This document shows, piece after piece, positions 25,886-35,205 of a stretch of DNA of 64,000 bases. The translations under genes and the position numbers were made by a program. Below the pieces are notes generated by a model, which had not been told where the DNA came from, did no database searches, and saw only the letters and a list, made by a program, of their open reading frames with translations. The stretch lies in IMG/VR virus record IMGVR_UViG_3300021091_000012; one strand, written 5' to 3'. This stretch comes from a virus. The first letter of the stretch is position 1. Every line of letters begins with the position of its first letter.

Positions 25886-27813
25886 TACTGCGATTTTTTA
25901 TATCGTGCCACTGTATTTACAGATGTTGACCAGTCTTGAGCTGTAACACTATGCTCTACCGCTGTGATTTGAAAATCAAAACTATTTGCAACAGACGATG
26001 GTATTCTGTCCGAGGAAATTATTTGCCCAAACGCAAAGCCACCTATACCATCTACAGTGAAACCGAAATCAAAAGGCAACGGCAATCCTTTACATTTGTC
26101 TTCCTCAACACCATTTACTGCCTCGGTAATAGCTGTGATTGCTGCTGCTGTGGTTGAATTATCCACAACACCATACATTTCTTCAAAGATTTCATCCATA
26201 CTTTTTTCTTCACTTTCCACTGACGATGGTGCTTCCTTACATTTACATGGAGGCGGAGTCTCAGCTTTGGGCCTGCAAGCATCTGTGACAGATGCACCAG
26301 TGCCAAAAGCCCTAAATGGTATTCCCTTACATTTAGTACCCTTTCCTACTCCTTTTGCTCCGTTTGCATATAGAGCTTGGGATTTCATTGCTCCAGTCAG
26401 TTTCATGTCTAGTTTGAGGTCGCGAATTACTGAGTTGTTGGCGAGACTCGGAACCTTAAAGGTCGATCCGGGTTCATACTTTCTAACATCAATTAGCGAT
26501 ATGGTTGGTACACTGTTTGGATTCTCGCAGTCTTCTGTTGTTGATACAATCTCAAGCATTCCGTCCCAATAACCTCCACACGCATTATTTACTTTTTTAA
26601 GTACGTTTCTTAAAAATGTACTTATCTTATTATCACCATCCTCTACAGCCTTAAGCTCTACCATTAAAAATATACAATTCAATAGAATAGAACTTCCGAA
26701 TTCAATCTCAGTCGCATCCCACATTGATCCTGGATCGTTTTGATCCCATACAAAATCACCTTCACTAATAGCTGCTTCTAATCTTGGAGATCCTGGAATA
26801 ATACATATCCGCGGATCACCTGACTCTAGGTCGGGGTGCGATGGTACATACACATCAGTACTCATTACCCTTCCAATTGTATATTTTCCACCATTAGATG
26901 GTATAGAAAGTGTGTTTATTGCTGCTTCCAACGCACTCCACGAAACATAACCTTCATGCGCATCGTAGTTTGGATTCATAGAACTTTGGCTTGACCCACC
27001 ATCCTGGTTTCGGTCTTCTCCTTCATAACTTGCAGCTGAAACAATAATATCTCTTTCGCTTCCTCCTGACACTTGACCTCCTAAATATACGCAATCCTCT
27101 TCAGCTTGTGCTTGTGAATTTATATCAAATAACCAAGTATATAGTAAACTTCTTTTTGCTGTTACTTCTTCACCTTCATTGTCTTCAAACACCCGAGCAC
27201 AGTTGCAATCTCCTGTCACAGCAACCTCACGATCACCTACAGACTCAGTAGCAGCTACAATTTCTATACTACAATCCCAATAACCATCATTAGCAAGTTT
27301 ATATCCAAAATTAGTTACTAACCCTTGTAGCCCATCCATACATGGAAAACTTGCTGCCCGTTTTTGAATCAAACATATAGCCTTACCATCATCCATTGGG
27401 CCAGTTACCGGTGACGGTGCAGTTGCTCCAGTGGCCGATACTGACCAACCAAACTGAACTCGAACAGTCATTCCTGATATAAAGTAGCACTTTTGTAACT
27501 CTACAAGCTGACTATCAGTAAATGCTCTCAGGCTCACTGTGGCTGATCTTGTGGTTCCTAATTCCCCTTGTTTTTTGACTTGAACTTCTGTGATTACAGG
27601 CTTTGTTCGCACAAAACCAGCTTCATATCTTGGGTCCGTGAGCTTACTAGATAGTTGTGAGTATTCTCCACAACTACTAGCAAAAGCACTCAAATGCACC
27701 CATGGGAAGCGTTTTGCTGCCCATTCAGCTCCCTTATTTGTACTTCTCGCTTGAAGTTCTGCTGATACAGTTCCTGGAACGTTTTTAGCTCCGAATGGGT
27801 TCTCGCCAGCCAT
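25885..27813 (-). CDS. putative baseplate hub protein (gp27-like)
   Basis: Position after LysM/gp53-like gene; V.FGWS, G.VTNF, DGIGG..FGQ, FQITAVEHSV...WST. Confidence 0.6.
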   Translation of the reverse strand: MAGENPFGAKNVPGTVSAELQARSTNKGAEWAAKRFPWVHLSAFASSCGEYSQLSSKLTDPRYEAGFVRTKPVITEVQVKKQGELGTTRSATVSLRAFTDSQLVELQKCYFISGMTVRVQFGWSVSATGATAPSPVTGPMDDGKAICLIQKRAASFPCMDGLQGLVTNFGYKLANDGYWDCSIEIVAATESVGDREVAVTGDCNCARVFEDNEGEEVTAKRSLLYTWLFDINSQAQAEEDCVYLGGQVSGGSERDIIVSAASYEGEDRNQDGGSSQSSMNPNYDAHEGYVSWSALEAAINTLSIPSNGGKYTIGRVMSTDVYVPSHPDLESGDPRICIIPGSPRLEAAISEGDFVWDQNDPGSMWDATEIEFGSSILLNCIFLMVELKAVEDGDNKISTFLRNVLKKVNNACGGYWDGMLEIVSTTEDCENPNSVPTISLIDVRKYEPGSTFKVPSLANNSVIRDLKLDMKLTGAMKSQALYANGAKGVGKGTKCKGIPFRAFGTGASVTDACRPKAETPPPCKCKEAPSSVESEEKSMDEIFEEMYGVVDNSTTAAAITAITEAVNGVEEDKCKGLPLPFDFGFTVDGIGGFAFGQIISSDRIPSSVANSFDFQITAVEHSVTAQDWSTSVNTVARYKKSQ

Positions 27814-27816
27814 AAC

Positions 27817-28113
27817 TTATTCATTTAATAGTTGATACTCTGATAAAATGTTAGAATAATCCTGAGGTATTCTAAGTAGTGTTCCTGGAGGGATGGCAAA
27901 GGTACCCTTACCAATTCCATTTGCTTCTGCTATTAGCCACCATAAACTAACATCCCCATAGTATTGATGTGCTATTAGTTCGACGCGGTCTTGCGGAGCA
28001 GTTCTAATGTAAATATCAGATTCTTTTCTTGGAATAGGTGGATAAAGTACTGACCTAATAACTCGTTTTCCGTCTTCTGACTTTTTTTGTGGTATGTTTT
28101 CGTATCTATTCAT
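27817..28113 (-). CDS. LysM / tail-X-like baseplate wedge protein
   Basis: DRVELIAHQYYGD..LWWLIAEAN...PG..LRIP. Confidence 0.8.
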   Translation of the reverse strand: MNRYENIPQKKSEDGKRVIRSVLYPPIPRKESDIYIRTAPQDRVELIAHQYYGDVSLWWLIAEANGIGKGTFAIPPGTLLRIPQDYSNILSEYQLLNE

Positions 28114-28192
28114 ATTTTACTTTATATATAAATACTACATTAGTGTTCCAATCAAACTTTTGTGGTAGCACTGGTTATATTTGCGACCGTTA

Positions 28193-30103
28193 TTATCCGT
28201 AATAAGTATTTGACTTTGCATTGAATAGCTGCCCTTTGTTATCTGTTAGCATTGCAAGGTCTAACGATATATCTGCTATCATTGGGTGTCCTGAGAGATC
28301 CCAGGTATACTCTGCTGGATTAGTATCTATCTTAAGCGATGTACATACGCATGTTACGTTCCTAAACAAGCCACCAACTGTTAGTTTTACTATTGGACCT
28401 TTTACATAATTTCCAGCTGGCTCACCTACTGCGGTTACCTTAATAAGCTTATCAAGTTTTGTCCACATACCTTGTGCTCCTCCACTCCAAGCTACAACCT
28501 TAAATCCCATACTAACACTTCTGGTTACTCCTTTAAAGTTTTTAAACGTATCTTGACGACCTATAAAGTTTTGATCGCTCCAACTTGGACTCCAGCTATC
28601 GCTCAATGATGTGAGTAATGCTGGAAAGGTAACACCACTGATTTTTAGTTCGATAAAATCTCTTCCAATATTATAGTGTGGTGTTGGCGGTTGTCCTGAT
28701 TCTCTAAAGCTACCAGCACGCCTAATTCTACCCGTTGTTGGTGACGGTCTTGTGTTTCCGGAAACCCCAGTACCTTGTCGTCTACCTGCTCTCTGGTATT
28801 GAAAACTCTGAATACTTCTTAGTAACTCTTCTGTAGTTGGAAACCGTGTTGCTGGTGGTTGGTTTTGTTGAAAGTAATTTTCACCTTGCACTGTCTCCAA
28901 CTTCTGACCATCAAAATTTTTATTCTGAAAGTTCTTTATTGGTAAAATTTGACTGCTTTCAGTACCTTCTGGACTAATTCCTTGCAATCCTTGAATAAAC
29001 TGTACAAAGCTATTGTCACCAAAATTAGTGCGCTGAATGTTGATTGTGCCGTGGTTAAATATTATTTGACCAAAGTCTGGTCTCTGTAAAAATACAGTGC
29101 CGTGCTTAACTCTTGGTAGTAATATTGATAATGAACGATCACTAAAATATTGTGCTTTATTTGGTTCTTGAGTTGGCTTTGATACGATTCCTGGTAATGT
29201 TATGGTTGTAATGCTGACAGCGGTACCTGCGTTGTTAATTAATACCCCCTGCATTAGGGTTATTACGTTTGAAGACTTAGCTGCAAATGCCTTTTGTCCA
29301 CCTTGAGCAACTACTTCAACTGCATCTTCTATATTTGTTTGTGATATAAACTCCCCGTTTCTAAAAAACGTTCCTTGTAGTGTGAGTATAATTGACTGTC
29401 CTGTTGCCTCTTGAGTTTGCGTTTGAGATATGAACGCTCCGTTTGTAAAAAATGTTCCTTGTAATGTTAGGACGTTTTGTGTTGGAGTCTTGGGGTCAAT
29501 TAAAGATATAAATTGACCATTTGTTAGTTTTACACCATGAAATATGATTGGATCAAAATTGTAAGGCAGTATATTTTGACCGTCCCGATTTGAATTAGTT
29601 ATAAACTTATTAACTTTTGTTATAGAGGTATGATTAAATATCCCAAATTTGGTTATTGTAATGTAGTCTGTATAAAAGTCGGATAAGAAAAAATGAGGTA
29701 AGTGTCTAGTTGACTTTGCAATATTTGGTTGTGCTAATCTATTTTCAAGATTTATAACTGATGCAAAGTTTTCATTAGGCTTGGGTAATAAAAACGATAC
29801 CAACGGCTTTGTTGCAAACGCACTTGGTTCTATTAGTTTTTGGTTTGATCGAGGCCCTCTAATTATTTTGAGAATTTCTATATTACGTTTTACCTGATCT
29901 TGAAGCTTTTTTAGTTCAACTATCTGAGGCGGTGGGGTTGGTGTTGATAGTTTTAATTCTTCGGCTTGAGCTGCTTTTGGTGGATGCGGCAAATCTGTTC
30001 CACTTGGAGCTCCTGGTACTGCCTTTCCTTTGAGCTCTGATACCTCGTCGTATGTGCTAGCTTTAAGTCTATCAACCAAACTTATAGTTTTGAATGGCTT
30101 CAT
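28193..30103 (-). CDS. baseplate/tube-initiator-like protein with long low-complexity N-terminus
   Basis: C-domain FPA.LT.LSDSWSPSW...GR...GP.V.L.VG; internal repeat LTLQGTFF.NG.FISQT twice. Confidence 0.55.
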   Translation of the reverse strand: MKPFKTISLVDRLKASTYDEVSELKGKAVPGAPSGTDLPHPPKAAQAEELKLSTPTPPPQIVELKKLQDQVKRNIEILKIIRGPRSNQKLIEPSAFATKPLVSFLLPKPNENFASVINLENRLAQPNIAKSTRHLPHFFLSDFYTDYITITKFGIFNHTSITKVNKFITNSNRDGQNILPYNFDPIIFHGVKLTNGQFISLIDPKTPTQNVLTLQGTFFTNGAFISQTQTQEATGQSIILTLQGTFFRNGEFISQTNIEDAVEVVAQGGQKAFAAKSSNVITLMQGVLINNAGTAVSITTITLPGIVSKPTQEPNKAQYFSDRSLSILLPRVKHGTVFLQRPDFGQIIFNHGTINIQRTNFGDNSFVQFIQGLQGISPEGTESSQILPIKNFQNKNFDGQKLETVQGENYFQQNQPPATRFPTTEELLRSIQSFQYQRAGRRQGTGVSGNTRPSPTTGRIRRAGSFRESGQPPTPHYNIGRDFIELKISGVTFPALLTSLSDSWSPSWSDQNFIGRQDTFKNFKGVTRSVSMGFKVVAWSGGAQGMWTKLDKLIKVTAVGEPAGNYVKGPIVKLTVGGLFRNVTCVCTSLKIDTNPAEYTWDLSGHPMIADISLDLAMLTDNKGQLFNAKSNTYYG

Positions 30104-30104
30104 G

Positions 30105-32975
30105 CTATCTCACATTTGATGTATTCATTCCCAGACGAAGCACTTCGCCAACTTTTTTGCCATCCAGCTTAACTTCACCACCCGATGAAGCAACTGCAAT
30201 GAGTGCATCTAACCTTTCTACAACCTTGTCTATCTTTTCGCTTTGTTCTCTCTCTACACTACTACCACCACCTAAATCATAGCTAATAGATTCACCTAGT
30301 GCTATCAATATTGGTGCTACCAACGATAGTGCAATCAATCCTGCTATTGTTGGTAGTGTAAATAAACCTGCTGTAGCAAATGCTATAAGTCCAGCTCCCA
30401 TTGCACTAAAGGCTGCCGCTAGTTCCCAGAACATTGGAGCCATTGATGCTAGTGCAATTAGTACTTCAACGTGAGGAGTTGCCAACATACCAGCTGCTGC
30501 TACCACTGCCAAACCTGCCCCTAGTACAATTAATGCGGCGCCTCCTAATAAGATGCCAGGAGCTGCAATAAGTGATGAGACTCCTAATGAGATCATTCCA
30601 AGCCCAAGTACTACTAAGCTAGCTCCAAGTACTACTAGATCTAGTGCCATTGGCACCAACTCTACTAGGGTTGGTACAAATAATGCAAACCCTTTTGCAA
30701 TTTCTTGAATAGCTAATCCTAATACATATAAAGCTGCAGCCATGATTAGCATAGCAGCTGCTCCTGCCAGAATAGCTAACGCTCCAACTCCACTCATCAT
30801 AATCAGACCAATCAACGCTAAGGCACCCACTAAGGCTAGCATTGCTACAATTGCTTTACCAATAGCTCCCCACGATACAGACATAAACTCTTGCGCTGCT
30901 TTTGCAAATACAAACACGGCTGCTGCCACTAGTACCAATGCCGCCGCTCCGGCAAGTAGTTTTCCTGGATTGATCTTCTCGATTGCTTTTGTCAATCCAC
31001 CCGTACTTTTACCTGCACCTGCTGGAACTTTTGAGGCAGCTCCTGCTGCTCCTGACATAGCCTCTGCTCCTTTGGAAGCTGCTCCTGCTGCTGCTCCAGC
31101 AACACCTCCTCCCATTCCTAATGCTGATTGTGCTTTTTTCCATAGCATGTGAGCTTTTTCAGCAGCCCACTGAGCTTTTTCTTTAATCCACAATCCCATC
31201 TTAGTTTGACCTAGTGTATTTTCTAGAAACAAACGAGCTTGCGTTATTCCAAGTCCAACTAACGCTAATGCATTTTTACCCTGCTCTATTACAAAGTCTT
31301 TAATGTTTGCAAGTAGTTTTGAGTTCATTAAAGTGTTAATAAAGGCTAACACTCCTTTATATGCCATTGCTAATCCATTTTGCAGTTTTTGCAGTATTCC
31401 AAATTGAGACATGAACTGAATCGATGTCATCAACAACATACCATTCTCCTTGAAGAAACCAACAGCAGCACCGCCGTACTGCATCATATAGCCCATTGCA
31501 TTCATTGCTAGGCTGGATCCTTCTCCAAAATACTTGTTTTGTTCTTCTTGAGCATCAATAGATTTAGCCAACTCCTCTACTGTCATTCCAGCGGCTTCGG
31601 CCAATGCTTTCTTTTGAAGAACATTCATCTTATCAAACTCAGCAGAACCTCCTATGTTTTTAAGAACCTCTGCTGTTGATCCCTCAAGATCACCATTCAA
31701 AGCTAACTCACGTGCTTTGTCTAGGTTTATTTCTTTACCCAGTAATACAGATGCTTCCATCTGCTTGTTGATACTATTTTCAAAATCCAATAAACCATCA
31801 GCCATCTTAGCAGCAGTAGCAATCTCGACTCCCATCTTGTGAAGAGCAATTGCTGATTTACCAAAAGCCTCAGCACCGCCTTTACTATATAGTGCCATGG
31901 CTCCTGAGTTCTTGGCCATATCCTTCATTATCTTGCCTGGGGCGATTCCTTGCATTTTTGCCATGGCGCCTACATGCTCCATAGCGTTTGCAGCTGATTC
32001 AGACGTTTCACCTGGTATTTGTGATAATGATGCGTTGAGTTTGGCTGCCTCTTCTCCTGAGATTCCAAAAGAAGTTGCCATCTTTCCTAGCTGACTGACA
32101 GTATCTTTACTTAGTGCATTTACATTACCGTACTCGTCAACTATTCCCTTCACAACACCTTTGGTGTCAGAAAGTCCTAACAAATAATCCAAACTCGTAA
32201 GATCCATTGCCTTGAATGTACCTTCCATTGCCTGCCCTGCAGATAATCCCATTTCATGCATTTCATGGAAGGTGTGATGCATCTTTTCAAGACCTTTCAC
32301 TCCTTCATTGAAAGCAAAGAATGCTAATGTTTTAGGGTCGTTTGCGATTGCTCGAGCTGTGGCGTTTAATTTTTCAAAACTCTTTTTATAGGACTCAGTC
32401 TCTTCTCGTATTTCAACTATCTGCGCTGCTATTTCTTCGTTTAGTGCTAAATTCTCCTCAAGATGCTTTTGCATCTGTGCTTGAGTTTTTAGATCCTTAA
32501 TATGGTTTTGATATTGCTCATTAGTAAGAAGACCCTTATCTACCATTAACTTGTATTCAGCAGCCTGAGATGCGTAAATTCCTGTAAGACCTGTGGCTCG
32601 AGCTACTTCAAATTTATACAGACTACTAACCGCTTGCTCCATGTCACCTGCAATGTCGAGTGCGTTTTGGTTAATGTTTTTTATTCGCTCTGCCGCAGCT
32701 GCAGCTTCCGCTTGAGTTGCGTTTGTTTCTTTCAACTTTGTTTGGATAGACGCTACTAGTGTATTAGAGTTTTTGTAAGTTCTCTCCATCTCCTTAGCTA
32801 GATTTCCAGAGAGTTGCATCTCCTTGGACATCTTATTAAACCCTGCAGTCATAGAGCTTATATCTATGACCATAGCATTAAGAGTAGGTTTATTTTTGGT
32901 TATCTCCGCAAATAACTCCTTTATCGCATCCCTTGCTTCTTGAGAACCTTGCCCTATATTGTCGTTTGCCGCCAT
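30105..32975 (-). CDS. tape measure protein
   Basis: 956 aa, helical and Ala-rich, LLDFE.SI..MEAS.LLG..INL.KARELAL, hydrophobic C-region, terminal LDGKKVG; downstream of tube and chaperone. Confidence 0.85.
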   Translation of the reverse strand: MAANDNIGQGSQEARDAIKELFAEITKNKPTLNAMVIDISSMTAGFNKMSKEMQLSGNLAKEMERTYKNSNTLVASIQTKLKETNATQAEAAAAAERIKNINQNALDIAGDMEQAVSSLYKFEVARATGLTGIYASQAAEYKLMVDKGLLTNEQYQNHIKDLKTQAQMQKHLEENLALNEEIAAQIVEIREETESYKKSFEKLNATARAIANDPKTLAFFAFNEGVKGLEKMHHTFHEMHEMGLSAGQAMEGTFKAMDLTSLDYLLGLSDTKGVVKGIVDEYGNVNALSKDTVSQLGKMATSFGISGEEAAKLNASLSQIPGETSESAANAMEHVGAMAKMQGIAPGKIMKDMAKNSGAMALYSKGGAEAFGKSAIALHKMGVEIATAAKMADGLLDFENSINKQMEASVLLGKEINLDKARELALNGDLEGSTAEVLKNIGGSAEFDKMNVLQKKALAEAAGMTVEELAKSIDAQEEQNKYFGEGSSLAMNAMGYMMQYGGAAVGFFKENGMLLMTSIQFMSQFGILQKLQNGLAMAYKGVLAFINTLMNSKLLANIKDFVIEQGKNALALVGLGITQARLFLENTLGQTKMGLWIKEKAQWAAEKAHMLWKKAQSALGMGGGVAGAAAGAASKGAEAMSGAAGAASKVPAGAGKSTGGLTKAIEKINPGKLLAGAAALVLVAAAVFVFAKAAQEFMSVSWGAIGKAIVAMLALVGALALIGLIMMSGVGALAILAGAAAMLIMAAALYVLGLAIQEIAKGFALFVPTLVELVPMALDLVVLGASLVVLGLGMISLGVSSLIAAPGILLGGAALIVLGAGLAVVAAAGMLATPHVEVLIALASMAPMFWELAAAFSAMGAGLIAFATAGLFTLPTIAGLIALSLVAPILIALGESISYDLGGGSSVEREQSEKIDKVVERLDALIAVASSGGEVKLDGKKVGEVLRLGMNTSNVR

Positions 32976-33469
32976 TAAAATCTACCAGCACCTCGTGCTC
33001 TAAGTTGTCCTGATGCTAATGCTTTGAGAAAGCCAGTGTCTTTCTGCATCAACGAGTAAATTCTGTTTTCAAAATCCTTTCCGCTCAATCCTGCATCCTT
33101 AGCCATACGCTGAAGTTTAGCATCGTTTTTCATTGCGCTTTGTAAGTATCCAGCTCTTTTATCTAGTATTCCGTGCACATAGTTTCTAGCTCCACTTGCT
33201 AACCAGTCAAAGAAGGTTTCTTTCAACACCTCATCTTGCTTGTCAGAGTCGCTATCCATTCTGGATTTGAGATCTTTTGCTAAATCTTTAAATGCGTCGC
33301 TTTGAGTTGCTGCTGCAACTTGATAATCTTTTTTGTCATTTGTGGCTGCGTCAAGAGCTGCTGCGATCTTATCTACGATCCAGTTAGCGTCCGCTTGCTT
33401 GTTTTCTTTTTGAAGTTTTCGAGCATAGTTGCGGATTGCTTCACGAAGTCTTTGGCTGTCAGATTTCAT
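32975..33469 (-). CDS. hypothetical protein, putative head-packaged
   Basis: MKSDSQRLREAIR..., VLKE linker; own TATTTAT motif at about 33483. Confidence 0.55.
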   Translation of the reverse strand: MKSDSQRLREAIRNYARKLQKENKQADANWIVDKIAAALDAATNDKKDYQVAAATQSDAFKDLAKDLKSRMDSDSDKQDEVLKETFFDWLASGARNYVHGILDKRAGYLQSAMKNDAKLQRMAKDAGLSGKDFENRIYSLMQKDTGFLKALASGQLRARGAGRF

Positions 33470-33502
33470 GTGTTTAGTTTAATATAAATATCAATGTAAA
33501 GG

Positions 33503-33525
33503 AAAAGCCAACGCTTAGTTGGCTT
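33503..33525 (-). terminator. intrinsic terminator
   Basis: AAGCCAAC-TAAGC-GTTGGCTTTT. Confidence 0.65.
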
Positions 33526-33740
33526 ATCTTCTTGATTGTGATTTTATCTTATTTACTTGAGCTTGTTCTGCTTCGTTTTCTTTTTTACGAATATTTACTA
33601 ACTTTAGATAATAGTATCTTCGTAGGTGTACGGGTAAGTTGTACAACTCAGTGTAAGTCCATCCCATTTTTCCGTAATACATCAGATCAAAGATCTGATC
33701 CTGCATCATGGGCCTGTAATCAGACCCCAGGCCAAAAAAA
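33524..33740 (-). CDS. tail-assembly-chaperone C-terminal extension (frameshift product or short ORF from 33709)
   Basis: FFGLGSDYRP...QIFDL.YY...W..TE.YNLP...RRYY. Confidence 0.65.
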
Positions 33741-34601
33741 GTTAACATTGATGGGCATAGCCATCTTTTCTTGCTCAAATTGACAGTGTGGACACTCAAA
33801 GCTGAATGTTGTATCGATGTCCGGTGTCACTTCCTTTAGGTAAGCTCTGAGAGCTAAACTATCACGAGATAGCATATTGTCTACATACTTGTTGATAAAC
33901 GCTCGGTCTTCATTATCATCAACTGCAACAATTAGATGCTTTAATCGTGTACTTAATTCTGGATCAACTCCAGAAACTTTACTTAGTTTTTTATATCCTT
34001 TAATAGCTTCTTCAATTTTCTTTTCATCACCATGAGTTAAAAATTTAAGAGAAAGTTTGTTTTTTGCAATTGGAAGATCAAAAGTATGTGTTGTTTGCCC
34101 TGGAGTGAATCGATCCCAGTTGACTTCTTTTGATTCAAACTCACCCAAGTCAATAACATGCTTAGACTTCTCACCACAGTTAGGACAAGTAATTTCAACT
34201 TCGTAATCTTTTCCATAAGCTAAAATACGTGATGCAATAAAGATTGCATTTTTATCTACTGTAAGCAAATCATTATAATTGATCTTAGTTACGATTAAGG
34301 ATTGTAATAGTTTATCAATTACTACACCTTGCTTAATTAAATTCTGAGATGCTAAGATGTCTTCTTCCTTAGCTGTCATATACTTCATCTCAATCTTTCC
34401 ATTAGCCAATGGATGTCCTTCTGGATAAAAGAATCCCTTGGATGGTAGGTCAATTACTTCGGTAGGTACAATAGATGGAGTTGCAGAAACAGTTTCAACT
34501 GTTCCGGTGTTGAATGCTCCCTCTAAAAATTTGGCTTTGATTTCTTCGTCAGTTAGTACCTGCTTTCCTTTTGGGTACTCATCGTTCACAACTTTGCTCA
34601 T
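33720..34601 (-). CDS. baseplate hub assembly / tail assembly chaperone (T4 gp26-like)
   Basis: LPSKG..YP, MTAKEEDIL, two CxxC, ends NFFWPGV; follows the tube gene. Confidence 0.75.
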   Translation of the reverse strand: MSKVVNDEYPKGKQVLTDEEIKAKFLEGAFNTGTVETVSATPSIVPTEVIDLPSKGFFYPEGHPLANGKIEMKYMTAKEEDILASQNLIKQGVVIDKLLQSLIVTKINYNDLLTVDKNAIFIASRILAYGKDYEVEITCPNCGEKSKHVIDLGEFESKEVNWDRFTPGQTTHTFDLPIAKNKLSLKFLTHGDEKKIEEAIKGYKKLSKVSGVDPELSTRLKHLIVAVDDNEDRAFINKYVDNMLSRDSLALRAYLKEVTPDIDTTFSFECPHCQFEQEKMAMPINVNFFWPGV

Positions 34602-34646
34602 AGATAAAATTAATTAGTAACTTTCTTATAAATATGTCGCTAAAAT

Positions 34647-34677
34647 AAAAAAGTCCCACTTTGTTAGTGAGACTCTT
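34647..34677 (-). terminator. intrinsic terminator after tail tube
   Basis: AGTCTCACT...AGTGGGACT hairpin plus T run. Confidence 0.65.
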
Positions 34678-34697
34678 TATTGTTATTATTTTTGATC

Positions 34698-35186
34698 TTA
34701 GTATTCTAATACACAGTAATCAACTCCTAGTGTTAAAGATACTTCAACTGGGGTTTCAGTTGACCAGTCCATGTCACCGAATGTTGCTGTTTTGATGTAA
34801 GATCCTTTAACTTTCCAGTTCTCGATTTTATCACCAACCGGTCCTAGTACAAATATATCAAAATCTCTTTTGTAGAAATCTGCATATCCATCACGGCCTG
34901 TTACTGATTCGTGAGATACACGTACCCATTCCATTACTGCTTGAGCTCCAGAAGGAACAATCGCATCGTACATTGTGATGGTAATATCATTCCACTTACA
35001 TTTTCCTTTCATCTTACGGATAATGTTAATGTGATCTAATACCACCTCACCACACTCAATACCTGGGCGAGACACTTTCTTACACAAGAAAGCTGGGATG
35101 CCTTCTATCGATAGGATGAATCTATTCTGTACCTTGGGTTCGTAGGGTGTGTAGAATATTTCGTTGTTTTCAATTAAATTTGCCAT
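34698..35186 (-). CDS. tail tube protein (gp19-like)
   Basis: EPK..NRF, G...W..IT.T.YD, V.EW, W...G. Confidence 0.9.
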   Translation of the reverse strand: MANLIENNEIFYTPYEPKVQNRFILSIEGIPAFLCKKVSRPGIECGEVVLDHINIIRKMKGKCKWNDITITMYDAIVPSGAQAVMEWVRVSHESVTGRDGYADFYKRDFDIFVLGPVGDKIENWKVKGSYIKTATFGDMDWSTETPVEVSLTLGVDYCVLEY

Positions 35187-35205
35187 GCGTCTTTATTAAT
35201 AAGTA

